The notes under the pieces are model-generated. The model worked only from the letters and a program-made list of their open reading frames with translations, ran no database searches and had not been told where the DNA came from. From the IMG/VR virus record IMGVR_UViG_3300034050_000451, positions 62,001 to 126,000 of that record: a DNA stretch of 64,000 nt. The stretch is one strand, 5' to 3'. The position numbers were made by a program, and so were the translations under genes. Position 1 is the stretch's first letter; each line of letters begins with the position of its first letter. Below, one piece after another: positions 28,907 through 37,500 of the stretch.

Positions 28907-28914
28907 TATAAATA
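28907..28914 (-). promoter_or_regulatory. Putative phage late promoter (TATTTATA)
   Basis: Recurrent motif upstream of the polyprotein gene. Confidence 0.6.
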
Positions 28915-28937
28915 TAATAATTTATTGTTTTAGTTTT

Positions 28938-29264
28938 TTATTTAGCCGCTTGCTCTTTAAAAGCTGGATTATAAGTAATAGTACCTTCTCTTAAATCGAT
29001 TTGACCTCTTGGGTATTCCTTTTCAAGACCAGCTACTAATTCTCTCATCGCATCATTTTGAGATTTAAAATCAGCTTCAGCTCTTTCTAAACCATCATGT
29101 AGTTTATCCATTTCTTCTTCTAATTCTTTTCTTCTCAAATAGATTTGCCCGAAAGCGTTTACTAATTCTTGAATTTTACCATTGCCTTCTCTTAGTGGAG
29201 TAAGGATATCTTCGGTTAATTCTACTGTAACTAACTCGATTTTTTGAATTGTTTCGTTTGCCAT
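28938..29264 (-). CDS. Small acidic coiled-coil protein (paralogue of 33811-34083)
   Basis: C-terminal YPRGQIDLREGTITY versus YPNGQIDLEAGTVVY in the paralogue. Confidence 0.7.
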   Translation of the reverse strand: MANETIQKIELVTVELTEDILTPLREGNGKIQELVNAFGQIYLRRKELEEEMDKLHDGLERAEADFKSQNDAMRELVAGLEKEYPRGQIDLREGTITYNPAFKEQAAK

Positions 29265-29299
29265 TGTTTTTTTAATTAAAAATTGTTTTTGAATTCATA

Positions 29300-29307
29300 T
29301 ATAAATA
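29300..29307 (-). promoter_or_regulatory. Putative phage late promoter (TATTTATA)
   Basis: Recurrent motif upstream of 29264. Confidence 0.55.
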
Positions 29308-29310
29308 TAT

Positions 29311-30063
29311 CTAACTGAAATTTTCAGAAATTACACTTACCCCACGTTTTTGTATAACCTGAGATGAACATCGATTTCCAAATATAATTGATTCATTAAT
29401 ATTATTTGTTTCCAAATACTTTGTAGTGAATCCTGCTACAAAAGTATCACCTGCTCCTGAGATATCCATTATCTCAACTTTATCAGTTGGATACATATTG
29501 TTTAAATACATACATCCATCTTTATCTAATGTGATTATTAGTTTTTCTAAAATCCATTCATTATTTTCAATAAATGATTTATTATTTTGATATTCGGTTC
29601 TGTTTAATTTAATGAACTTTAAATCAGTGCACCATTCTCCTAATTTTTTTTTAGTATCACAAATTGTATTAGGGTGATTAAATGCTATTTTAGCAATATC
29701 AGTATCACTTAGAAATCCTTTGTTATAATCCGATATGACTATCATATCAAAATCATAAAAATTTATTTCAGAAAGTGTATTACCAATAGGCGGAACTACA
29801 TCATCAATATCAACTCGTAAAAGTAAATGATTAAAACTTTCCTCAACATATCTCTTTTTTACAATCAATTGAGTATTACAAATCAATTCAGTTTTACAAC
29901 CCAATGCTTCTAAATTTTCTTTAACATTATAAGCCATACCACCATTGGTGATTGTATGTGATTCTATAAAAACAGGTGCAGGTCCTTCAGGTGATAATCG
30001 TGTAGCTTTTCCATAAACGAATTCATCTAAACATCCCTCACCTATAATTAATACTTTACTCAT
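29311..30063 (-). CDS. hldA: Heptose-7-phosphate kinase (HldE/RfaE domain I, PfkB family)
   Basis: IGEGCLDEFVYGKATRLSPEGPAPV, GGMAYNVKENL, SDYNKG and DISGAGDTF. Confidence 0.85.
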   Translation of the reverse strand: MSKVLIIGEGCLDEFVYGKATRLSPEGPAPVFIESHTITNGGMAYNVKENLEALGCKTELICNTQLIVKKRYVEESFNHLLLRVDIDDVVPPIGNTLSEINFYDFDMIVISDYNKGFLSDTDIAKIAFNHPNTICDTKKKLGEWCTDLKFIKLNRTEYQNNKSFIENNEWILEKLIITLDKDGCMYLNNMYPTDKVEIMDISGAGDTFVAGFTTKYLETNNINESIIFGNRCSSQVIQKRGVSVISENFS

Positions 30064-30445
30064 TTGTTAATATTTTAGTTGTACTGAAATCATCCATTCG
30101 ATTAAAATACACAATTGATTTTGCGTATTGTTCTCCCACTATTGGTTTATTTTTATAATCAGACCCAATTACAAATATATCAGGGTTATATGTTTTAATT
30201 ACATTTTCTAATAATTCAGCTGAATCAAATATAACTACTTTACTAACTCCTTTAATTCTTTCCAAATTATACTTTCGTTCTTCTTCAGTATGGAACGGTC
30301 TATCTTCTCCTTTTAATTCCTTTACTCTCCTATCGGAATCAATTCCAATAATAACAATATCACCAAAGGCAGATGCGAACTCAATCATCTTAAAATGCGC
30401 ATGATGTAAAACATCAAAACATCCATTTAACCAAACCTTTTTCAT
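30056..30445 (-). CDS. hldC: Heptose-1-phosphate nucleotidyltransferase (HldE/RfaE domain II)
   Basis: NGCFDVLHHAH, IDSDRRVKELKGEDRP, GSDY and FSTTKI. Confidence 0.85.
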   Translation of the reverse strand: MKKVWLNGCFDVLHHAHFKMIEFASAFGDIVIIGIDSDRRVKELKGEDRPFHTEEERKYNLERIKGVSKVVIFDSAELLENVIKTYNPDIFVIGSDYKNKPIVGEQYAKSIVYFNRMDDFSTTKILTNE

Positions 30446-31584
30446 AGAAACTTTTCTAATTCATTAATAACCATCTGAGATGTAATTGCTTTAGTACATT
30501 CAAATTGCCTATCCGTACCTTTATGGTCTGGACACCAATTCCAATCACCAGCATCTAATTTTAATCGGTTAAAGCATCCACCACATTTATCTTTAGGTGA
30601 AGTTATTCTAACACAATCTTGCATTTCTGCCCAATCATATGAGAATCCACTAATCAATACCGTCTTTGTACCCAATGCCCAACTTAACCAACTTAACCCA
30701 CTACCAATACCAATGAATGCTTTTGATTTTCTCATTTCATCCATTACTTTTTCCAAAGAACCGGCTGGGTGTTTGACTACTCCAGTTGGGTGTTTATTAC
30801 CCATATAATCATTATTCTCTTGTGATAATAGTTTAACTGTATAACCTTTATCATTTAACCAATTCACTACTTCTTGCCAACCATTTGGGTTATTCCAATA
30901 CTTAGATTGAGCAGTTCCATGTATTGCTATTGTTATTAACTTATCATCTTTAACAATATCTGATGATGGTAACTTTGGTTTTATTTCTTTATATGGTAAT
31001 CCCAATATATCAGAACCCATTTTTTGCATTGTTTGGGATTTAAAATCGTTTGGATTTTTTCTGTTATTTACACTACCATCTTCATTATAGAATAAACCAA
31101 CAGTATACATTGCGTATAAATTTTCAACACTTTGACCTGGTTTTACAAATTCTATATTTGGATATTGTGACTCTAACATTTCGTTATGAAATGTAGATAC
31201 AATTAATTCACAATTATGTACTTTCTGAAATTCGTCAAAGTATGGAAACCATGCTAATGTATCACCCAATGCTTTTGATGATAGTGCTAGATAAACTCTC
31301 TTATTAGTTGCGGTATAATCATGTTCAAAAAATAAAGTATTACCTTCCCATATTTCAATTCTCCAATCTATAAAATACTCAATATTACATTTAGCCCAAG
31401 TATTGTTTGATAATTCGGTTGTGAATAAAACATTACCATTACGTTTGTTTATAAACTTAACATTGTATTTACCCGTTTGGTTTCCCAATACTTCAGCCCA
31501 AGGACCATTTACGAAATGATAATTTACTTTATTTCGTACTTCAACAATGTTATTTAAATTTTTAGTTAATTTATCGTAAATCAT
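30442..31584 (-). CDS. Aah/TibC-type (autotransporter) protein O-heptosyltransferase
   Basis: N-terminal beta domain (YFIDWRIEI), LGDTLAWFPY, TAQSKYWNNPNGW, FIGIGSGLSWLSW...LISGFS and the Cys set CGGC...WCPDH...FECTKAIT; start placed at the TAATG overlap (31584; alternative 31593). Confidence 0.88.
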   Translation of the reverse strand: MIYDKLTKNLNNIVEVRNKVNYHFVNGPWAEVLGNQTGKYNVKFINKRNGNVLFTTELSNNTWAKCNIEYFIDWRIEIWEGNTLFFEHDYTATNKRVYLALSSKALGDTLAWFPYFDEFQKVHNCELIVSTFHNEMLESQYPNIEFVKPGQSVENLYAMYTVGLFYNEDGSVNNRKNPNDFKSQTMQKMGSDILGLPYKEIKPKLPSSDIVKDDKLITIAIHGTAQSKYWNNPNGWQEVVNWLNDKGYTVKLLSQENNDYMGNKHPTGVVKHPAGSLEKVMDEMRKSKAFIGIGSGLSWLSWALGTKTVLISGFSYDWAEMQDCVRITSPKDKCGGCFNRLKLDAGDWNWCPDHKGTDRQFECTKAITSQMVINELEKFL

Positions 31585-33746
31585 TAATTCCATTTTTTTA
31601 CTTCTCTATCAATAAGAGAAAATCCATCTGCTTGTTTAACATACATTTTATTTGTAGTATATCGTAATTTAGATTCTTTATTAAACACATCAGTTAACCA
31701 TAAATCATATCCCTCCCATAGGGTATCATTAAATCTATCAATCCACCAACTCTTTGTTCTATTTGGTATTAGATACGCATGTGCTAAATCTTGGTTTGAT
31801 GCAGTTTTACTGAATAAATCATCAATGTATTCTTTACTTCTGGAATTATTGTTTGATAATCCAATAAAGTAAACATCATCTCTTTCAGAAATAAAACATG
31901 CTTTATGAACTGCTTCAACAAATTCTTTTAATCCAGTGAATATAAACGCATCAGCTTCAAATACTAATGTATAATCAAATTCATCATCCATAGCTTCTAA
32001 TGCTCCCCTATGTGCGTTAAAGCACCCATAATGCCTACCCGTTAATGGACCTAATCCATTCCCAAAGTTTCCCGGCTTATCCGATATCTGATTTGGTCTT
32101 TTACAAAAATCAGATGGTGGTGTTCCATCAAATGGAGTATTTACAATTGGTTGATACACCATTCCATAACTTTCCAATTGTTTTAGTGATTCTGAACTAA
32201 TTTGTTCTCTCAAATCATTTGGCTTAGTCATCAAATGTTTAATTTGAATCTTTGGTTTTTTTCTAACAAATGAACGATATACGTGCTTTGCTTGATTATA
32301 AAAAAATTCATCAGCTGCTCTAGTAACCCCCGGAAAGAAACTTCCACCATAATCATCTCCACTAATAACACCACCCGGTTTTACTTTATGATACCAAAAG
32401 TTTAAATCGGATTTTAAAGAATCATAAGTATGACCCGCATCCAACATAATAAAATCAATTGAGTTATGTTGAAATTGATTTGATGCGTTTTCAGATGTAT
32501 CCTTTATTACGTTAAATAATTTTGAGTTATTACTTAACATAGTATTTTCCATAAATTCTGAAAATATATCCCCACCAAATCCACCAACTATTGTATCATG
32601 TATTTCTTCACCATCGGTACCTTTCCAAGTATCAACAGTTGTAAATTTAATATCTTTATTAGAATCTTTAATTAAGGTAGCCATATGATTGGTTGATTTA
32701 CCCAACCATGCACCCAACTCAACAAATACATCACCATCGGTTCCATTTTCAACCATTTCATTATACAAATGTTCATATGAAAACCAACCAGGAATTTCAT
32801 TAAATTCAGGTTGTAGTTTTTCTAATATAATTTGTTTGGTTTGATTTAGGTTATCATCGATATAAGTAACCAATTCATTATTATCATATGAATCCAAATA
32901 TGTGTGTAGTTTTCTGAATATAGATGGTAATCCATATCCCAATGCCTCTTTAATAGATAATGGATTTAATTCCAATTTAGAACTAAAGTAAAACATATCC
33001 GATGCTTTGTAGAATTTATCTACATCACTACGTTCACCCCATACAATACAATTATCAGGTTTGTGTTTCATTATTGGTCCCCAATATGATTCAAAGTTCA
33101 TAGCTTGGTTTCCGATAAAATGAAATTTAATTTTATATTTTTCTAATAATCTAGCTACGTTGAATATTTCACCCTGATTCTTACCTTCAGTAAATAATCC
33201 AACCATAAGAACATGCTTCCAATCAGATTCAAATCCCAATTCGTTTTTGAATTCGTTTTTATCATACTCAATAGTTTCTATTGGATAATCCCATACACGT
33301 GTATCTACTCCCACCAATTCAAATCTTCGTCTACTCCATTCAGATACTAAAACATATCTATCTGGATGATATTTGATTTCATTTGGATTTGTATGAGAAC
33401 CATGTGTAGATGCTACAATATAGTAATTTCTACTATTGTCAAAAATAGTATCTAATATATTGTGAGCTAAAAAATGTTCGGGGATTTCCGTAAAATGAAT
33501 TATGTTTGGTTGAGTTGATTTAATAATATCCACAAGTTCGGATTTATTATCACCCAATGTGTACAACTTACATAAATCAGCTATTTGATTCTTTTGTACT
33601 ACAAAGGCATCACCAGAGTGATTGTTTACCTCAACTACCTCAATATCAAATTTATCTTTAAAGATTTGAATTTGCTTTAAAAGGTATTGTGGCATCCCAC
33701 CAGTTGAGAGATGGGATGCTATATATAACAATTTTTGTTTTGACAT
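31584..33746 (-). CDS. Tri-domain enzyme: GT-B (GT4-like) glycosyltransferase, class I SAM methyltransferase and GT25-like glycosyltransferase
   Basis: HLSTGGMPQY...ELNPLSIKEALGYGLP; VELGAWLGKS...LDAGHTY...VKPGGVISGDDY; YGCFNAH...LVFEADA...AHAYLI. Confidence 0.8.
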   Translation of the reverse strand: MSKQKLLYIASHLSTGGMPQYLLKQIQIFKDKFDIEVVEVNNHSGDAFVVQKNQIADLCKLYTLGDNKSELVDIIKSTQPNIIHFTEIPEHFLAHNILDTIFDNSRNYYIVASTHGSHTNPNEIKYHPDRYVLVSEWSRRRFELVGVDTRVWDYPIETIEYDKNEFKNELGFESDWKHVLMVGLFTEGKNQGEIFNVARLLEKYKIKFHFIGNQAMNFESYWGPIMKHKPDNCIVWGERSDVDKFYKASDMFYFSSKLELNPLSIKEALGYGLPSIFRKLHTYLDSYDNNELVTYIDDNLNQTKQIILEKLQPEFNEIPGWFSYEHLYNEMVENGTDGDVFVELGAWLGKSTNHMATLIKDSNKDIKFTTVDTWKGTDGEEIHDTIVGGFGGDIFSEFMENTMLSNNSKLFNVIKDTSENASNQFQHNSIDFIMLDAGHTYDSLKSDLNFWYHKVKPGGVISGDDYGGSFFPGVTRAADEFFYNQAKHVYRSFVRKKPKIQIKHLMTKPNDLREQISSESLKQLESYGMVYQPIVNTPFDGTPPSDFCKRPNQISDKPGNFGNGLGPLTGRHYGCFNAHRGALEAMDDEFDYTLVFEADAFIFTGLKEFVEAVHKACFISERDDVYFIGLSNNNSRSKEYIDDLFSKTASNQDLAHAYLIPNRTKSWWIDRFNDTLWEGYDLWLTDVFNKESKLRYTTNKMYVKQADGFSLIDREVKKWN

Positions 33747-33771
33747 AACTTATTTATATGTTCATATCTTA

Positions 33772-33803
33772 CAAAGATACAAAATTAATTTGGTATTTCC
33801 AAA
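33772..33803 (-). promoter_or_regulatory. Bacteroidota housekeeping-sigma-type promoter for the sugar island
   Basis: Minus strand TTTG-N20-TATCTTTG. Confidence 0.75.
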
Positions 33804-33810
33804 TTATTTA

Positions 33811-34083
33811 TTAATAAACTACCGTCCCAGCTTCTAAATCAATTTGTCCATTTGGATATTTAATATCCAATTCAGCAAGTTCGGTATTCATATCAGCAAT
33901 AGATTTATCGATTCTATTACCAAATTCTTTTTCTTGAGATTCAATATCTGCAATTTGAGATTGTAATTGTCTTTTACGAACAGCCGATTGTCCCAATGCA
34001 ATAATCATATTGTTTTGTTCTTCTTGAATTGATTTTAATTTATCAATTACCGATTGTTCTAATTGTTCAGTTTTTTGTTCCAT
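33811..34083 (-). CDS. Small acidic coiled-coil protein (paralogue of 28938-29264)
   Basis: LGQ...coiled coil...YPNGQIDLEAGTVVY. Confidence 0.7.
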   Translation of the reverse strand: MEQKTEQLEQSVIDKLKSIQEEQNNMIIALGQSAVRKRQLQSQIADIESQEKEFGNRIDKSIADMNTELAELDIKYPNGQIDLEAGTVVY

Positions 34084-34107
34084 AATTATTGTGTTTGTAT
34101 ATTCATA

Positions 34108-34115
34108 TATAAGTA
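34108..34115 (-). promoter_or_regulatory. Putative phage late promoter (TACTTATA)
   Basis: Recurrent motif upstream of 34083. Confidence 0.55.
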
Positions 34116-34138
34116 TATACTTTTTTATTTAAACGAAA

Positions 34139-34525
34139 TTATTCAGGTTGTATTGGGTAAATATATGGAGTTGTATTTGTAATATCTCGTAATGCTTGTC
34201 TATAAGTTGCCCACTCCAATTTCTTTTCAGCTGATAGTGGTGAATCATTAAATTGAGTCCAATCGGATTCAGATAATAGATTATTTCGTTTCAGTCTAAC
34301 CGTAAATAAATCCCGTTCAGCTTGTTCATCATTAGTAAGTGGGTTTTTAGTATGTACACTATTTACATATTTACATCGAGTACTAATTGCCTCTTGCCAC
34401 TCATCATAGGTGAGTTCAATTCGATTTTCCGTAGGAATATACTTAATATCCCAAACATCAGTTGGGTAAAATCCAGTGTAATTCCCATCAGAATCGTATG
34501 TTGCAAAAATTTGTCTTTCAGTCAT
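34139..34525 (-). CDS. Tail fibre assembly chaperone
   Basis: RLKRNNLLSESDWTQFNDSPL...WATYRQALRDIT...P; directly downstream of the giant fibre gene. Confidence 0.85.
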   Translation of the reverse strand: MTERQIFATYDSDGNYTGFYPTDVWDIKYIPTENRIELTYDEWQEAISTRCKYVNSVHTKNPLTNDEQAERDLFTVRLKRNNLLSESDWTQFNDSPLSAEKKLEWATYRQALRDITNTTPYIYPIQPE

Positions 34526-34551
34526 AATTTAATTTTAATTAATATAATATA

Positions 34552-37500
34552 TTATCCCGTTGGAAGATTACCAATAGCTATCCAATACCCATCAACACTA
34601 TCTAATACTAAACTAACACCAGATGTGGTAAGGTTATATATATGATTATATCCATTTGAACCATTTGAACTTCTATAAGATGCACAAGTTACAACCGGTG
34701 GTGAACCAAATGTTACAGGGAATGTTACGTTAGCAGAACTATTTATTCTTCCCCATTGTATAATACTACCATCTGATAATTTTTGGTAATTATTTGTAGA
34801 CATTGAACTAGCAACCGTATTTGTTTGGTGTTGGTTTCCTAATCCAATAAGGTTATCGGTATAAGTATATGCAAACCTATTTGATGAGTTACCAATATTG
34901 TACAATGAATCAGATTCAGGTATAATATCACCCTTTGAATTAATAGCTGTTGAGGTATCAACCCCAAGACCAACTGTTTTTTCAAAATATGATATACCAC
35001 CGGCTGCTTTAAGTACTTCTTGATTAGCTGAACCTGCTGGTTTTCTTGGTATTCTAACATAGGTATCAGGTGTTGATACTACTTGAATACCACCGGCTTT
35101 AATCTCAACGAAATTGGATGGAACAGATACATTTAATATAGTATCGTATGTTGGTGTATTTGCTAAAGTTGGCCCAACAGTATGTGATTGGTATGTAAAT
35201 GAATATGAATTAATACTGGAACCAATATTTGCTCTTTGACCCGAATACCCATAAAATCTAATTGAATATCTAAATCTAATATTACCAGTAGATGTTAGAT
35301 TCATTGAGCGCGTTACACCAGTTTGGGCAGAAACATTATTTTGATAACCACTTATAGTGTTGGTTGAAATATATGTCCAAGTACCATCATTATGTGATAT
35401 AATATCATCTGAAACATAGTTATGAACTCCAGGTACAGAAAATGTATATACCCATTCATCGGTTTTAATAATTTCAACACTATCAACTAATACCAATTTA
35501 ATACCATTACCATCTTTGATGTTAATCATACTTTTACCAGCAACTAATTCAACAGTCTTTATTTGTTTATTATCGTTTAACCAAAATCCATGCGAATCAG
35601 ATACTCTAATAGTTTTACCACCGGCTGATACTTTGTAAACTTTATCAACTTTTCTCTTTTTAATTTTAGCTATTTCAAATTCACTAAATTTGTTTACTTC
35701 AGTATTATCTAATTTATCATTCCAACTCCATGCTATTATTTTTTCACCTTCAACAACATCTTTAGCAAGAATAGTTTCACCAGATGATAATATAATTTTA
35801 GTATCACCAGTTACGGATACAAAACTTTCAAGTTTTACGTTGTGGGTTAATATACCATTAACATAATAAGTATGCTTACCAGATACTCTAATGTTATAAA
35901 CATCATCGGTTTTCTCATTTATAGTTATTGATGTTATCTCAACTTCTTCATTTTCTGAATTTAGGAATATATCTCCAACATTTATTTTATCAGTTGTTTT
36001 AATACACCAAACACCATTTTGTTTAATAATATGTTTGTGTGAGTGTGTACATTCAATTAATCCATTATTTATATTGTAAATTTCATTATCAGCATATGAT
36101 TTGATATCCAACACCTCTTCAATTGTTTTTTCGGAATCGGATATATGGGTTGCAGTCCAATCATTTTCTTCGGAATATTTTGGTGTTAATGAATCAATAT
36201 CTAATGATTTAATAAAATCACCAATTTGAATATCTTTAATTTGTTTGAATGAACCATCACCCATTTCAATTAGTGATGTTCCAACTAAACACGTTCCACC
36301 TCCCCCTTCTTCTATATATTCTCCGGTATAATAATTACCAGCATTATATGAACTAACAGCTGCGGCTGTTCCAAGTAAAGTTCTACCCACAACAACACCA
36401 GTAGAAATATTAACTGCTTCTAAATTTAATTCTGCGTATGCAACAGATGGTGATGAATACCCACCATGGAATTGCCCATTGAATGTAGGTAAATACGATG
36501 GGTATGATGTGGTATGACTAACTCCTGCTGGAATTGATACAGATACGGCTGGTATATTTAGTGCAACTTCAAGTGCTCCTGCTGCTGTAACATTATATGA
36601 ACCCGTTGATGGTAATGATACCATATAACTCGAATAAACAAAATTGGCATTAGATGTATTTGTTGTTACCGATTGTGGTGTTGGATATACAACCCCCGAA
36701 CCCGTAAACTGAAAGTATTTAACATCACCTGTGGTTGTTGTTAATTCATTTGAAGGTGATATAATTACCTTTTTTTCACTACCAGTATAAAATTGTAATT
36801 CAGGTAAAGATGGGTCAAATATTATTTCACTATTATCATCACGTAAATTACCACTATCAGCATCAATAATCCAATCTCCGATTCTACCATCAGTTGCGTT
36901 AATACTACCAGATAAACCTGCATTATTAGCGTTTACATTTCCATTAGCATCAACAGTAAAATTATATCTAATTGGATTTGAACCAGAAATTATTCCTATG
37001 TTAATAGCTCCTCCATTTATTTCAGAACCATTAATTGTTGAACCTTGAACGTTTCCTGAGAAATTAACACCATCACCCGTATAGTTCAAATATGCACCAT
37101 CTTTACTTCGTAATGAGAATAACGGGTCATCTGACCCAGATGGAAATCCTAAAAATACACCAACCTCATCAAAACTTTGACTTAATTGCCCCATTGAAAG
37201 GTATGGTTTATCGGATTGATTTAATGTTGAACCTGATGTTGATAATCGCAATCCCTCACCAGAAATTATTCTAAATTCACGACTACCCGCTGATAATGAA
37301 CCTTGTGTATATGTGTAATCACCATTGGTATTGGGATAATAATAAGAGGCACTTGCGGCGGAATTAAATTTAATTGTTTGACCATATGGATTTGATGCTG
37401 ATAGAAATAATCGAGTTTCATCTTCAGAAATTCCATAAATTTTCATTGCAGGGAAATTCAAAACATTACCAATACCCAATACAGCTACATCAAATGCTTT

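Noticed and set aside
29311-33746. Bacterial LPS locus, i.e. host contamination or a prophage boundary
   Set aside because: It is co-oriented and contiguous with phage genes, flanked by phage paralogues with phage promoter motifs, and the transferase is of the protein-modifying Aah/TibC type
35389-36291. Classical mobile inteins
   Set aside because: There is no homing endonuclease, the +1 residues are Val and Asp, and the host is a structural protein; treated as BIL-like Hint domains instead
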